DNA of 64,000 nt from Alphaproteobacteria bacterium (GTDB lineage: Bacteria; Pseudomonadota; Alphaproteobacteria; MPNO01; UBA830): positions 6,016,001 through 6,080,000 of the forward strand of contig OZ251539.1 in NCBI GenBank assembly GCA_965243135.1. The letters are read 5' to 3'. The translations under genes and the position numbers were made by a program. Of the stretch, positions 12,846 through 23,899 are shown one piece after another. Below the pieces are notes generated by a model that worked only from the letters and a program-made list of their open reading frames with translations, was not told the DNA's origin and did no database searches. Every line of letters begins with the position of its first letter. Position 1 is the first letter of the stretch.

Positions 12846-13388
12846 ATGCGGGGATATTTCGGAATTGGGGTCGAGGGCGTCAGCAAGCCGATCAACGTCG
12901 GCAATCTGATGCGTTCCGCGCATGCGTTCGGCGCAAGCTTCGCGTTCACCGTCGCCGCCAACTGCGACATGACGTCCAGCGCTGCGGATACCTCGAATGC
13001 CGCGGACCAGGTGCCGTTCCACCGTTTCGATTCCGTGGAGGCCATGCGCCTGCCCGAGGGCAGTGTCCTCGTCGGCGTCGAAATCGACGACCGGGCCGTG
13101 GATTTGCCTGCGTTCCGCCATCCCCGCCGCGCGGCCTACGTGCTGGGCATGGAGCGGCTCGGCCTGAGCGAGGCCATGATCGCTCGCTGCGACCATATGG
13201 TGAAGATTCCGACGGCTTTCCCCCTCAACCTGGCGACGACGGGCGGCATCGTCATGTATGATCGCATGCTGTCCATGCGCCGCTTCGCCGACCGTCCGGT
13301 CATGCCCGGCGGCGCCGTCGAACCTCTGCCCGCGCATGCGTTCGCCGCGCCGATTCTCAACGGACATCTCACGAAAGGAAACAGATGA
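12846..13388 (+). CDS. SpoU/TrmH-family RNA methyltransferase
   Basis: MRGYFGIGVEG.SK..NVGNLMRSAHAFGA, YVLGMERLGLS, IP..FPLNLA. Confidence 0.9.
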   Translation: MRGYFGIGVEGVSKPINVGNLMRSAHAFGASFAFTVAANCDMTSSAADTSNAADQVPFHRFDSVEAMRLPEGSVLVGVEIDDRAVDLPAFRHPRRAAYVLGMERLGLSEAMIARCDHMVKIPTAFPLNLATTGGIVMYDRMLSMRRFADRPVMPGGAVEPLPAHAFAAPILNGHLTKGNR

Positions 13389-13876
13389 AGATCCTGGTTA
13401 TCGCACTTGTTCTGTTCGTTTCCTCGGCGGCGGCCGGGAAGGAACTCGGAGCGTTCAAGGACTGGGCGGCCTATTCGGAAGGAAAAGGCAAGAACCTTAT
13501 CTGCTGGATCTACAGCGAGCCCAAGAAGGCCGAAGGAAAGTACACGAGGCGCGGACGCATCTACGTGGTCGTCAGCCATCGTCCCGGCCAGAACACGACC
13601 GACGAGGTCCAGTTCACGGCGGGCTACACCTTCAAGAAGGACAGCGAATTGACGGTGGCCGTCGACAAGAAGTCGTTCGCCCTCTTCACGGACGACGATG
13701 CCGCGTGGACCCGCAGTCCGGAGGAGGACAAGGCTCTCGTCGCCGCCATGCGGGCGGGAAACCGGATGATCGCCACCGGCGTGTCCTCGCGCGGGACCCG
13801 GACCAAGGACACCTATTCTCTGGCCGGCGTCTCGGCGGCGCTCAAAGCCATCGGCAAGGCGTGCGGAACGAAATAG
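13385..13876 (+). CDS. Invasion-associated locus B (IalB) family protein
   Basis: Signal peptide, FKDW..C, AMRAG, G.SSRGT.TKDTYSLAG..AAL...C. Confidence 0.8.
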   Translation: MKILVIALVLFVSSAAAGKELGAFKDWAAYSEGKGKNLICWIYSEPKKAEGKYTRRGRIYVVVSHRPGQNTTDEVQFTAGYTFKKDSELTVAVDKKSFALFTDDDAAWTRSPEEDKALVAAMRAGNRMIATGVSSRGTRTKDTYSLAGVSAALKAIGKACGTK

Positions 13877-14131
13877 CCGCGCGACCGCCGGGCCGATGCG
13901 CGACGGACGGGCGCGTCGAAAACGTTTCGTCGGGAGGTCCGGACCGTTCGCGCGGGCGAACGCCCTTCCGGTGTCCGAGAGCGGCGCCCGGTAGCCTTGC
14001 CGGGGCGGAGCGTCCGGCCCCCTTCCTCCGCGCGCGCCGTCGATAGCAGGTTCCCCGGATCCGGGCGGAAGCGAGGCGCAAGCCGCGGCCGCCGGGAAGC
14101 TTTCGCGCGCGAATCGGCGTAGACTGCCCGC

Positions 14132-15340
14132 ATGCCTCTTCCGCGCATGAAGCGAAACGTCTCGCTGCTGGCGGCCTGCCAAGGTTACGCCCAGACATCG
14201 GTCACCATCGTGATCGCGATTTCCGCGTTGGCCGGCGCGATCATCGCCGAGGACAAGTCGCTTGCGACTTTGCCGCACGCGTTCATGTGGGCGGCGACGG
14301 CGCTTGCCGCCATGCCGGCCTCGCTGCTGATGAAGCGCTTCGGACGCCGGGGCGGATTCGCGATCGGCTCGCTTTTCGGCCTGGCGGGCTCCGGCCTCTG
14401 CACGCTCGGGGTCTACGCCTCCGATCTCTGGGTGTTCATCGCCGGCACGTCCTGCATGGGCGCGTTCAATGCGTTCAACCAATACCTGCGCTTCGCGGCG
14501 GCGGAGGCGGCGGACGAAAGTTTCCGGCCCAAGGCCATCGCGCTGGTGATCGGCGGCGGCGTGATCGCCGCTTTCGTCGGCGGCGCCATCGCCAACGGCA
14601 CCAAGGACCTGCTCGCGCCGGTGGAGTTCGCCGGCACCTACGTCGCGCTGGCCGTGCTTCCGGTTCTGCTCGCGATCACCATCCAGTTCGTCCGCATGCC
14701 GGAACCGGCCGCGCCGGCCGCGGCGCCGAGCGGAAGAAAGGCGCCGAGCGGCAGAAAACTGACGGAGATCATGCGGCAACCGGCTTTCGTGGTGGCCGCC
14801 ACGGGAACCGCGGTGTCGTGGGCCGGCATGATCCTGATGATGGCGGCGACGCCGTTGTCCATGAAGCTCTGCGGCCATGCCTTCGGCGACATCGCCTTCG
14901 TGATCCAGTGGCACATGTTCGCGATGTTCGCGCCGTCGTTCGTCGCCGGTTCGCTGGTTGCGCGCTTCGGCAGTCTCAACGTCGTTCTCGCGGGTTTCGC
15001 GCTGTTCGGCGGCGGCATCGCGGCGGGCCTCGCCGGGATTTCCGTCGTCCACTTCCTCCTGACCAACGTGATGATCGGGGCCGGCTGGAACCTGATGCTG
15101 ATCGGATCCACCGACCTTCTGGTGACGTGCCACACCCACGAGGAAAAGGGCAAGGTGCAGGGGGCCAACGAGACCATCGCCTATCTGCTGGCGGCGATCT
15201 CTTCTTTTTTCGCGGGCTATCTCCAGATCGAGATCGGCTGGGACGCCGTGATGATCGCCATCGCGCCGCAGATCCTCGTCGTGGCCGCGGCCGTATGGTG
15301 GATGCGTTCTCTGCAGGGGAGGGCCGCCGCGGCCCGGTAG
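14132..15340 (+). CDS. MFS transporter
   Basis: ~12 TM segments, [30 protein letters not shown]. Confidence 0.88.
   Translation: MPLPRMKRNVSLLAACQGYAQTSVTIVIAISALAGAIIAEDKSLATLPHAFMWAATALAAMPASLLMKRFGRRGGFAIGSLFGLAGSGLCTLGVYASDLWVFIAGTSCMGAFNAFNQYLRFAAAEAADESFRPKAIALVIGGGVIAAFVGGAIANGTKDLLAPVEFAGTYVALAVLPVLLAITIQFVRMPEPAAPAAAPSGRKAPSGRKLTEIMRQPAFVVAATGTAVSWAGMILMMAATPLSMKLCGHAFGDIAFVIQWHMFAMFAPSFVAGSLVARFGSLNVVLAGFALFGGGIAAGLAGISVVHFLLTNVMIGAGWNLMLIGSTDLLVTCHTHEEKGKVQGANETIAYLLAAISSFFAGYLQIEIGWDAVMIAIAPQILVVAAAVWWMRSLQGRAAAAR
14723..14758 (+). repeat. In-frame 18-bp tandem duplication (APSGRK x2) in the MFS central loop
   Basis: gcgccgagcggaagaaag / gcgccgagcggcagaaaa. Confidence 0.7.
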
Positions 15341-15357
15341 GCGGCGCGCCGGCGCGT

Positions 15358-15386
15358 CTCGACCGCCGCGGGTTTCCGGCTATATT
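15358..15386 (+). promoter_or_regulatory. Putative sigma70 promoter of rlmN, likely leaderless
   Basis: CTCGAC-N17-TATATT, 6 nt before the ATG at 15393. Confidence 0.5.
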
Positions 15387-15392
15387 GCGCCG

Positions 15393-16517
15393 ATGCAGAC
15401 CGTCGCACGACCGCCGGACCATGCCGGCGCGGATCTGGTGGGCCTCTCGCGCGCCGACATGGAATCCGCCCTGGCCGAACTGGGCCTCGAGCGCTTCCGC
15501 GCCAGGCAGGTCTGGCACTGGATCTATCATCACGGCGCGCGCGATTTCTCGGCGATGAGCACCCTGGCGAAAGGGGTGCGCCGGGATCTCGCGGAACGCT
15601 TCCGCATCTCGCGGCCGGGCGTCGCGAGCGACCGGATTTCCGGCGACCGCACGCGCAAGTGGCTGGTCTCGTTCGCCGACGGCCATACCGCCGAGACGGT
15701 GCACATACCGGAAGAGGACCGCGGCGCCGTGTGCATATCGTCGCAGGTCGGCTGCACCCTCGCCTGCCGGTTCTGCCATACCGGCACGCAGCGCCTCGTC
15801 CGCAATCTCGCGGCGAGCGAAATCGTCGGCCAGTTCATGGTCGCGCGCGATTCCTGCGGCGAATGGCCGTCCTCGAAGGAGCCCCGCCAGCTCACCAACA
15901 TCGTCATGATGGGAATGGGAGAGCCTCTCTACAATTTCGAAAACGTCTCGACCGCGCTCCGCATAATCATGGACGAGGAGGGCATCAACGTTTCGCGGCG
16001 GCGCATCACGCTTTCGACGGCCGGAGTCGCGCCCATGATTCCCAGGGTCGGCGCCGAACTCGGCGTGCAGCTCGCGATTTCGCTGCACGCGGTCGAAGAC
16101 GGGTTGAGGGACCGGATCGTTCCGATCAACCGCAAGTACCCCATCGCGGAACTGCTGAACGCCTGCCGCGCCTATCCGACGGCGCGCAATTCGCGGCGCA
16201 TCACTTTCGAATACGTGATGCTCAAGGGCGTCAACGACTCGCCGTCCGACGCGCGGGAACTCGTGCGCCTGATCTCGGGAATTCCGGCGAAGGTCAACCT
16301 CATCCCGTTCAACCCGTGGCCCGGAGCTCCGTTCGAGTGCTCCTCCGGCGAATCGATCGCCGCCTTCGCCGAAATCGTCAACCGCGCCGGCTATTCGTCG
16401 CCGGTCAGGGCGCCGCGCGGACGCGACATCATGGCCGCTTGCGGCCAGCTCAGGACGGCGAGCGAACGCGCCGAACGAAAACCCCTTGAAGGAGCTTCCG
16501 ATGCCTCGACCCGGTGA
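15393..16517 (+). CDS. rlmN: 23S rRNA m2A2503/tRNA m2A37 radical SAM methyltransferase
   Basis: [30 protein letters not shown] and DIMAACGQL. Confidence 0.97.
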   Translation: MQTVARPPDHAGADLVGLSRADMESALAELGLERFRARQVWHWIYHHGARDFSAMSTLAKGVRRDLAERFRISRPGVASDRISGDRTRKWLVSFADGHTAETVHIPEEDRGAVCISSQVGCTLACRFCHTGTQRLVRNLAASEIVGQFMVARDSCGEWPSSKEPRQLTNIVMMGMGEPLYNFENVSTALRIIMDEEGINVSRRRITLSTAGVAPMIPRVGAELGVQLAISLHAVEDGLRDRIVPINRKYPIAELLNACRAYPTARNSRRITFEYVMLKGVNDSPSDARELVRLISGIPAKVNLIPFNPWPGAPFECSSGESIAAFAEIVNRAGYSSPVRAPRGRDIMAACGQLRTASERAERKPLEGASDASTR

Positions 16518-17709
16518 AGTCGACAAGATCGTCCTGGCCTACTCCGGAGGGCTCGACACCTCGGTGATTCTCAAATGGCTGCAGGAGACCTATCGCTGCG
16601 AGGTGGTGACCTTCACCGCCGATCTGGGGCAGGGCGAGGAACTGGAGCCCGCCCGGCGAAAGGCGGAAGCCGCGGGCGTGAAGGAAATCCACGTCGACGA
16701 TCTGCGCGAGGAGTTCGTTCGCGATTTCGTCTTTCCGATGTTTCGCGCGAACGCCCTGTACGAAGGGGTCTATCTGCTGGGGACGTCCATAGCCCGGCCG
16801 CTGATCGCCAAGCGCCAGATCGAGATCGCTCGCGCGACGGGGGCCGACGCCGTCGCGCACGGCGCGACCGGAAAAGGCAACGATCAGGTCCGGTTCGAAC
16901 TCGGATACTACGCGCTGGAGCCCGACATCAAGGTGATCGCGCCGTGGCGGGAATGGGATCTCGATTCGCGGACGGCCCTTCTCGATTTCGCGCGCGAGCA
17001 CCAGATTCCCGTGGCGCGCGACAAGATCGACGAACCGCCCTATTCGACCGACGCCAACCTGCTTCACATCTCCTACGAGGGGCGCGCCCTCGAGGATCCG
17101 TGGGTCGAGCCGAACGAGTCGATGTACACCCGTTCGGTCGCGCCCGAGAACGCGCCCGACGTCCCCCGCTGCGTGGAAATCGAATTCGAGGGGGGCGATC
17201 CCGTCGCGGTCGACGGCGAACGACTCTCGCCCGCCGCCCTGCTCGCCCGGCTCAACGAGTTGGGCGGAGCTCACGGCGTCGGGCGGGCGGACATCGTGGA
17301 GAATCGTTTCGTCGGCATGAAGTCCCGCGGAGTCTACGAGACGCCCGGCGGCACCGTCCTGATCGCCGCCCGTCGCGGCATCGAGTCGATCACGCTGGAT
17401 CGCGGCGCGGCCCATCTCAAGGACGAACTGATGCCGCGCTACGCCGAACTCGTCTACAACGGCTTCTGGTTCTCCCCCGAACGGGAGATGCTCCAGGCCG
17501 CCGTCGATCGAAGCCAGGAGCGCGTGACCGGCACGGTGCGCCTCAAGCTGTTCAAGGGATCGGTCAGCGTGGTCGGGCGCAAGTCGCCGGTCAGCCTCTA
17601 CTCTCAAAGGCACGTCACCTTCGAGGCGGACACCGTATACGATCAACGGGACGCGGAAGGATTCATCAAGCTCAACGCCCTGCGGCTGAGGCTCATGAAC
17701 GCGCAGTGA
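16501..17709 (+). CDS. argG: Argininosuccinate synthase
   Basis: [24 protein letters not shown] and [10 protein letters not shown]; AAGGAG RBS before the ATG at 16501. Confidence 0.98.
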   Translation: MPRPGEVDKIVLAYSGGLDTSVILKWLQETYRCEVVTFTADLGQGEELEPARRKAEAAGVKEIHVDDLREEFVRDFVFPMFRANALYEGVYLLGTSIARPLIAKRQIEIARATGADAVAHGATGKGNDQVRFELGYYALEPDIKVIAPWREWDLDSRTALLDFAREHQIPVARDKIDEPPYSTDANLLHISYEGRALEDPWVEPNESMYTRSVAPENAPDVPRCVEIEFEGGDPVAVDGERLSPAALLARLNELGGAHGVGRADIVENRFVGMKSRGVYETPGGTVLIAARRGIESITLDRGAAHLKDELMPRYAELVYNGFWFSPEREMLQAAVDRSQERVTGTVRLKLFKGSVSVVGRKSPVSLYSQRHVTFEADTVYDQRDAEGFIKLNALRLRLMNAQ

Positions 17710-18644
17710 AGAACGGGAGGCGGACAGGGCGGCGTTCCGGCCGGAGGCCGCGAGGCGACGCGGCGCCTTCCGGCGGCGAGCCGGCCCGTCCGCCGTTCGT
17801 CGTCGGCGCCGTCTGGGCGGTGATGGCGGCCGCCAGCTTCGCCGTCATGATGACCAGCGTCCGCTACATGGACGGCAAGTTCGACGCCATCGAAATCGTG
17901 TTCGTCAGGGCGCTGGTCGGGCTGTTCATGGTCGGCCCGCTGGTCGCGAGATCCGGATTCGACGCCCTGCGAACCTCCCGGATGCCGCTTCACGCCCTGC
18001 GCACGTTGTTCGCCCTTTCCGCCATGGCGACGCTCTACTACGCCCTGGAGGAGATGGCCGTTGCCGACGCGATCGCGCTGACGTTCCTGATCCCGTTGTT
18101 CACCACCATCGCCGCCGCGGCGGCGCTGCGCGAATCCGTCGGGCCGCATCGCTGGATCGCCACGGGCGTCGGTTTCTGCGGCGCGCTCGTGATCATTCGT
18201 CCGGGCTTCGCGGAGATCGGCGCGCCGGTCGCGCTCGCGGTTCTTTCGTCGGCGCTCTACGCTGGCGCCTGGTCCAGCATCAAGATCCTGACGCGCACCG
18301 ATTCGGCGGTCGTCACCGTCTTCTGGATGAACGCGTTGATGGTGCCGCTGACCGCGATTCCGACGGCGTTCGTCTGGGTGACGCCGGGGCCGGAAGACCT
18401 GTTGCCGCTGTTTCTGATGGCGGTTTCGGGCTGGGCCGCCCACGTATGCCAGGCGCGCGCGTTCGCGGCCGCCGACGCCAGCGCCGTGATGCCGTTCGAC
18501 TTCCTCCGCCTGCCCTTCGGCGCCGCGTTCGGTTTCCTCCTGTTCGCGGAGACCGTCGACGGCTGGACCTGGGCGGGCGCCGTGATCGTTTTCGTCGCCG
18601 GCTATTACATCGCCCGGCGCGAGGCGCGCCGAAGCGCGCGGTAG
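17706..18644 (+). CDS. DMT/EamA-family transporter
   Basis: GTG overlapping the argG stop; ~10 TM segments, [26 protein letters not shown]. Confidence 0.85.
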   Translation: MKNGRRTGRRSGRRPRGDAAPSGGEPARPPFVVGAVWAVMAAASFAVMMTSVRYMDGKFDAIEIVFVRALVGLFMVGPLVARSGFDALRTSRMPLHALRTLFALSAMATLYYALEEMAVADAIALTFLIPLFTTIAAAAALRESVGPHRWIATGVGFCGALVIIRPGFAEIGAPVALAVLSSALYAGAWSSIKILTRTDSAVVTVFWMNALMVPLTAIPTAFVWVTPGPEDLLPLFLMAVSGWAAHVCQARAFAAADASAVMPFDFLRLPFGAAFGFLLFAETVDGWTWAGAVIVFVAGYYIARREARRSAR

Positions 18645-18675
18645 CGCGGCGGCGGCCGCCGCGAGGCCCGGCTCG

Positions 18676-19554
18676 TCAGATCCCGGGGGCCTCGACGCCG
18701 CATTGCCTGCAAGCGGCGATCAGGGCGTTTCGCAGCAGGCAGGCGATGGTCATGGGGCCGACCCCGCCCGGAACGGGCGTGATCGCGCCCGCGACTTCGA
18801 CCGCCTCGGCGAAGTCGACGTCTCCCGTCAGGGTCCGGTCCTCCCCGGTTCGGTTGATGCCCACGTCGATGACCGTCGCGCCCGGTTTGATCCAGTCGCC
18901 CCGGATCATGCCCGCGCGTCCGACGGCCGCGACCAGGATGTCGGCGCCGCGGCAGACGGCGGGAAGATCGCGGGTTCGCGAGTGCGCCACCGTTACGGTG
19001 CAATTGGCCGCGAGCAGCAGCTGCGCAAGGGGCTTGCCCACGATGTTGGAGCGTCCGACGACAACCGCATGGCGCCCCTCCAGATCGCCGAGCCTATGCT
19101 GCAGCAGCATCATGCACCCCAGGGGGGTGCAGGGCGCGAGGCCCTTTCGGCCGGTCGCGAGAAGCCCGGCGTTGCGAAGGTGGAAGCCGTCGACGTCCTT
19201 GTCCGGGTCGATCGCGTCGATCACCGCGTTGGGATCGATCTGCGGCGGCAGCGGAAGCTGAACCAGGATGCCGTGCACGGAGGCGTCGGCATTGAGGCTC
19301 TCGACGACGGCGAGAAGTTCGGACTGGGACGTTTCCGCCGGAAGCGTCCGTCCGAAGCTGTTCATTCCCGCCTCGGCCGTAAGCCTGTTCTTGTTGCGCA
19401 CGTAAATTCGACTCGCGGGATCCTCGCCGACCAGCACCGCGGCCAGCCCCGGCGCGACGCCGTGCTTCCTTTTGACGCGACCCGCCGCTTCGGCGACCCG
19501 AGCCCGCAGGCCCGCGGCGAAGGCTTTGCCGTCTATGATCTGCGCGCGGCTCAT
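18676..19554 (-). CDS. folD: Bifunctional methylenetetrahydrofolate dehydrogenase/cyclohydrolase
   Basis: [32 protein letters not shown] and [11 protein letters not shown]. Confidence 0.98.
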   Translation of the reverse strand: MSRAQIIDGKAFAAGLRARVAEAAGRVKRKHGVAPGLAAVLVGEDPASRIYVRNKNRLTAEAGMNSFGRTLPAETSQSELLAVVESLNADASVHGILVQLPLPPQIDPNAVIDAIDPDKDVDGFHLRNAGLLATGRKGLAPCTPLGCMMLLQHRLGDLEGRHAVVVGRSNIVGKPLAQLLLAANCTVTVAHSRTRDLPAVCRGADILVAAVGRAGMIRGDWIKPGATVIDVGINRTGEDRTLTGDVDFAEAVEVAGAITPVPGGVGPMTIACLLRNALIAACRQCGVEAPGI

Positions 19555-19677
19555 CGCCGTCCGTCTCGGCCGCTTTCCGCGCGCCGCGGGGAGGTTGGCG
19601 GACGGACCGGGCGGTCTTCGACCGCGGCGGCCGCTCCGGGCGCCCTGCGCGCCGCCGCCGACCGGCGGCGAGGGCCG

Positions 19678-19959
19678 TCAGCCATACGCGAGATCCCGCA
19701 GCAAATCCTGGACGAAGATCAGCAGCAGGATCAGGACGACCGGAGAAATGTCCAGCCCGCCCAGGTTGGGCAGAAACCGGCGTATCGGTCGAAGCGCGGG
19801 TTCGGTGGCGCGGTACAGGAAATCGACGACGACGTAGACGACGCGGTTCGTCGTGTTGATCACGTTGAACGAGATCAGCCAGCTCGCGACAACGGCGAGT
19901 ATCAGAACCCAGACGTAGAGATCGATCACATTGGCGATCAGATTGAAGAGAGCATTCAT
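19678..19959 (-). CDS. yggT: YggT family membrane protein
   Basis: SWLISFNVIN..LYRATEPALRPIRRFLPNLGGLDISP; usual neighbour of folD. Confidence 0.92.
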   Translation of the reverse strand: MNALFNLIANVIDLYVWVLILAVVASWLISFNVINTTNRVVYVVVDFLYRATEPALRPIRRFLPNLGGLDISPVVLILLLIFVQDLLRDLAYG

Positions 19960-20125
19960 CGCGGACCGCGCCATTCGTTCGGCGGCAAGCCTAACCGGAC
20001 GGAAGGGTTGTCGCAACCGAATCCGCGCTTCCGCCGGCCTCCTTGCCGGGTCGCCGTCCGGCCCGGCGGGCGGGCGCCGAAAAACGCTGCCGCGGCGTCG
20101 CCGGACGGCGGCCGCGGACCTCGAC

Positions 20126-20154
20126 TTGACAGACGCGACGGGGATCGCCATTAT
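20126..20154 (+). promoter_or_regulatory. Putative sigma70 promoter of tRNA-Ala
   Basis: TTGACA-N17-CATTAT upstream of the tRNA. Confidence 0.6.
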
Positions 20155-20190
20155 CAGGCTGCCCGAAGGCCGGACGCCCGAGGGTTCCGT

Positions 20191-20266
20191 GGGGCCGTAG
20201 CTCAGTTGGGAGAGCGCAGCGTTCGCAATGCTGAGGTCAGGGGTTCGACTCCCCTCGGCTCCACCA
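20191..20266 (+). tRNA. tRNA-Ala(CGC)
   Basis: GGGGCCG..TAGCTCAGTTGGGAGAGC, anticodon arm CAGCG-TTCGCAA-TGCTG, GGTTCGACTCC, encoded CCA; 76 nt with G3:U70. Confidence 0.97.
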
Positions 20267-20287
20267 ACCTTGTTCGCGAGGTAAGTC

Positions 20288-22423
20288 ATCGTTCGGCACC
20301 GTTCCGCGGAAGAACCGTCGCGCGGCGGCGTTTCTCCGCCTCGCGCCTCCCGCCGGCCGGAGGTCTTCGAACGCCACGGGCGCCGCATCGAGGATCCCTA
20401 CGCCTGGTTGCGCGATCCCGACTGGCAGCGCGTCATGCGCGAGCCTCGAACACTCGATCCGGAAATCCGAGCCCATCTCGAGGCCGAGAACGCCTACACC
20501 GAACGGACGCTCGCGCCGGTCGCGGCGTTGCGCGAGGAACTGGTCGCCGAACTCAGGGCGCGAATCAAGGAAGACGACTCGACGGTGCCGGCGCCGGACG
20601 GCGAGTGGGCGTATTACCGGCGGTTCGTCGAAGGAGGGCAGTATCCGCTCCTGTGCCGGCGGCCGAGAGACTCCGGCGATGCCGGCGAACCCTGTCCTCG
20701 GGAGGAGGTGCTGGTCGACGGCGACCGGGAGGCGGAAGGGCGGAGCTTCTTCGCGATCCGGGGCGCGGCCCATGCGCCCGACCACCGCCTGTTCGCCTAC
20801 GCGGTCGATCTCGACGGCTCCGAATACTGCACCGTCCGGTTCCGGGATCCCGCGACCGGCGCCGACCTCGACGACCGGCTGGAGGATGCGCAGGGAGACG
20901 TCGCCTGGGCGAACGACGGCGCGACGTTGTTCTATACGGTTCTGGACGAGAATCACCGGCCCCATCGAGTGATGCGCCACCGCGTCGGACGCTCCGGCGA
21001 CGCCGTCGCGTACGAGGAAACCGATCCGGGTTTCTTTCTCTCCCTCGGCAGGACGGAGAGCGGGCGTTTCATCGTCATCGAAGCCCGCGACCACGCCGAC
21101 ACTTCCGAAGTCCGGCTGATCGACGCCGACGACCCCGAAGGTCCGGTCCGCGTCGCCTTCGCCCGGCGGACCGGCGTGACCTGCGAGTTCGGCGACCACG
21201 GCGACCGTTTTTTCATCCGCACCAACGCGGGCGGCGCGATCGATTTCAGGATCGTCGAGGCGCCGGTCGCCGATCCCTCGCCGGAAAACTGGCGGGAGGT
21301 CGTGCCGCACCGGGAGGGGCGGCTCGTGCTCGGCATGATGGTTTTCGCGGACTTCCTCGTTCGCATCGAGCGCGAGGACGCTTTGCCGCGAATCGTCGTC
21401 CGCGCCCTCGCGGACGGCGCCGAGCACGCCGTCGCGTTCGACGAGGAAGCCTACGCCCTGTCCCTCGTTCCCGGATACGAATACGCCACGCCGGTTCTGC
21501 GCGTCGCGTTCAGTTCGCCCGTCACGCCGCAGCGCGTCTACGACTACGACATGGCGGCGCGCCGCCTCACGCTTCGCAAGGAACAGGAAATTCCTTCCGG
21601 GCACGATCCGTCCCGCTACGTCTGCCGCCGCCTTCACGCTCCCGGCCACGACGGCGCGCCGATTCCGATCACAGTGCTGCACGCGCGGAACGCCGCGGGT
21701 CCGCTGCTGCTCTACGGATACGGCGCCTACGGCCACGCCGTCCCGGCGGCGTTCTCGCCGAACGTCTTCAGTCTCGTCGATCGCGGTTTCGCCTACGCGA
21801 TCGCGCACGTGCGCGGCGGAACCGAATGCGGCTATCGCTGGTATCTGGACGGCAAGATGAAAAACAAGCGGAACACGTTCCGCGACTTCATCTCGGCCGC
21901 GGAATATCTGCGCGAGCGCCTTCCGGCGGATTGCATCGTCGCCCACGGCGCGAGCGCCGGCGGCATGCTGATGGGAGCGGCGGCGAACATGCGGCCCGAC
22001 CTGTTCCGCGCGGTGATCGGCCAGGTGCCGTTCGTCGACGTGATCAACACGATGTCGGACGAAACCCTGCCGCTCACCCCGCCCGAATGGGTGGAATGGG
22101 GCGATCCGATCCGCGATCCCGAGGCGTTCGCCGGCATGGCGGAATACTGCCCCTACACCAATCTCCGCGACCAGGCGTATCCGCGCGTTCTCGCGACCGG
22201 CGGGCTCGCGGATCCGCGGGTCACCTACTGGGAACCCGCGAAATGGATCGCCGGATTGCGGCACCACGACACCGCGGGCAGCGCGATCCTGCTGCACGTG
22301 AACATGGACGCCGGTCACGCCGGGGCGTCGGGAAGATTCGACAGGTTGAACGAGGTCGCGCTCTGTTACGCCTTCGCGCTCATGGCGGCGGGCCGGGGCG
22401 CCGAGGCGCCGCCGTCGCCGTGA
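20288..22423 (+). CDS. ptrB: Oligopeptidase B (S9A); start probably non-canonical (ATC)
   Basis: HGRRIEDPYAWL, LYGYGAYG, HVRGG, GASAGG (Ser), DPRV (Asp) and AGH (His). The conserved N-terminus extends upstream of the first TTG at 20408. Confidence 0.9.
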   Translation: MVRHRSAEEPSRGGVSPPRASRRPEVFERHGRRIEDPYAWLRDPDWQRVMREPRTLDPEIRAHLEAENAYTERTLAPVAALREELVAELRARIKEDDSTVPAPDGEWAYYRRFVEGGQYPLLCRRPRDSGDAGEPCPREEVLVDGDREAEGRSFFAIRGAAHAPDHRLFAYAVDLDGSEYCTVRFRDPATGADLDDRLEDAQGDVAWANDGATLFYTVLDENHRPHRVMRHRVGRSGDAVAYEETDPGFFLSLGRTESGRFIVIEARDHADTSEVRLIDADDPEGPVRVAFARRTGVTCEFGDHGDRFFIRTNAGGAIDFRIVEAPVADPSPENWREVVPHREGRLVLGMMVFADFLVRIEREDALPRIVVRALADGAEHAVAFDEEAYALSLVPGYEYATPVLRVAFSSPVTPQRVYDYDMAARRLTLRKEQEIPSGHDPSRYVCRRLHAPGHDGAPIPITVLHARNAAGPLLLYGYGAYGHAVPAAFSPNVFSLVDRGFAYAIAHVRGGTECGYRWYLDGKMKNKRNTFRDFISAAEYLRERLPADCIVAHGASAGGMLMGAAANMRPDLFRAVIGQVPFVDVINTMSDETLPLTPPEWVEWGDPIRDPEAFAGMAEYCPYTNLRDQAYPRVLATGGLADPRVTYWEPAKWIAGLRHHDTAGSAILLHVNMDAGHAGASGRFDRLNEVALCYAFALMAAGRGAEAPPSP

Positions 22424-23883
22424 AGGACTTCGCGAGGAGGCACGGCCTCCGCACGGAGGAGCAGGAGCGGCGCGCCGCCGAGGTCGCGAAGGAGGCCGCC
22501 GGCCTGCGGATGATCCGCCTCGCCTGGGCCGACCCGCACGGCGCCGCGCGAGCGAAATCGCTGTCGCCGCCTTCCTTCCGCGCCGCGCTCGCGGACGGCT
22601 ACAACATCAACGTCGCGACCTCGACGCTCGACGCCTCCGGCGGGCGGGTCTTCGCGTCTTTCTCGCCCGGCGGCGGCATGGATCTCGACGAGATGACGGG
22701 ATCTCCCAACCTCGTCGTCGTGCCGGATCCCGATACGTTTCGAAGCCTGCCCTGGGCTCCCGGCGTCGGCTGGATCCTTTGCGACGAATACTTCCGCGAC
22801 GGTCGGCCGTTCAGCTTCTCTTCCCGCCATCTTCTGCGCCGCCAGGCGAGGCTGCTGGCCGAAAAGGGCCTGACGCACGTCGTCGGCCTGGAGGTCGAAT
22901 GGTACCTCGCGGAGACGGTTCAGGAGCGGCTCGCGGCCGAAAACGTCAACAGTCCCGGAGAGCGCGGCGTTCCGATCGAGACCGCGCCGGTCGAGCCGGG
23001 CTACTCCTATCACGGCGAGACCAACCTCGACCTCATGCAACCCGTTCTCGACGAACTGGCGCGGGCCTACGAGGGTCTCGATCTGGGCTTCCGCTCTCTG
23101 GAGAACGAATACGGGCCGGGACAGGTGGAAACCACCTTCGAGGCGGTCGAGGCGCTGCGCGCAGCGGACAACTACGTGCTGTTCCGCACCGCCACCCGTC
23201 AGGTCTGCCGCCGCCTCGGGCGTTTCGCGACGTTCATGTGCCAGCCGCGCCTCGCGCGCCACTTTCCGAGCGGCTGGCATCTTCACCAGTCGATCGCAGG
23301 GGAGGAAGGGAACCGTTTCACGCCCGCGGCCGGCGAAGTCCTGTCGCCGACCGGCCGGGCGTTTCTCGCCGGATTGCTCGAGCACGCGATTCCCGCGACG
23401 GTCTTCGCGTCGCCCACGGTCAACGGGTACCGGAGGTTCCGCCCGAATTCCCTCGCCCCCGACAGGGCCGCCTGGGCGTGCGACCATCGAGGCGCGCTGA
23501 TGCGCGTGATCTCGGACCCGGCGGACCCGGCGTCGCGGGTGGAGAACCGCGCGGGCGAGCCGGCCGCCAACCCGTATCTGTTCGTCGCTTCCCAGATCGC
23601 CGCCGGACTCGACGGGATGGAGCGGAACCTCGACCTGCAACCGCCGGACGACGCCCCTTACGAGGCCGACCGGCCGCGGTTGCCCGCGACGCTCGGCGAC
23701 GCGCTCGAAGCGCTCGAGGCCAGCGCCCTGTTTCGCGAAGCTTTCGGCGCCAGGTTTCTCGATTACTATCTTCGGCTCAAACGCGCCGAACTGGATCGTT
23801 TCCGGCGATGGTGCGAGGATAACGGGGACGATGGCGGCGACGTGACCCCATGGGAGCAGAACGAGTATTACGACTTCTTCTGA
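22420..23883 (+). CDS. Glutamine-synthetase-like gamma-glutamyl ligase (TdnQ/AtdA1-like)
   Basis: GTG overlapping the ptrB stop; GLEVEWY, ENEYGPGQVE, SGWHLHQS, VENRAGEPAANPYL and WEQNEYYDFF. Confidence 0.88.
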   Translation: MKDFARRHGLRTEEQERRAAEVAKEAAGLRMIRLAWADPHGAARAKSLSPPSFRAALADGYNINVATSTLDASGGRVFASFSPGGGMDLDEMTGSPNLVVVPDPDTFRSLPWAPGVGWILCDEYFRDGRPFSFSSRHLLRRQARLLAEKGLTHVVGLEVEWYLAETVQERLAAENVNSPGERGVPIETAPVEPGYSYHGETNLDLMQPVLDELARAYEGLDLGFRSLENEYGPGQVETTFEAVEALRAADNYVLFRTATRQVCRRLGRFATFMCQPRLARHFPSGWHLHQSIAGEEGNRFTPAAGEVLSPTGRAFLAGLLEHAIPATVFASPTVNGYRRFRPNSLAPDRAAWACDHRGALMRVISDPADPASRVENRAGEPAANPYLFVASQIAAGLDGMERNLDLQPPDDAPYEADRPRLPATLGDALEALEASALFREAFGARFLDYYLRLKRAELDRFRRWCEDNGDDGGDVTPWEQNEYYDFF

Positions 23884-23899
23884 CTGCGGGAGACGGGGC

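Noticed and set aside
18703-23883. 1726-aa ORF
   Set aside because: Only the last ~487 codons (GS-like) look like protein; the rest is Arg/Gly/Pro-rich shadow frame overlapping folD, the tRNA and ptrB.
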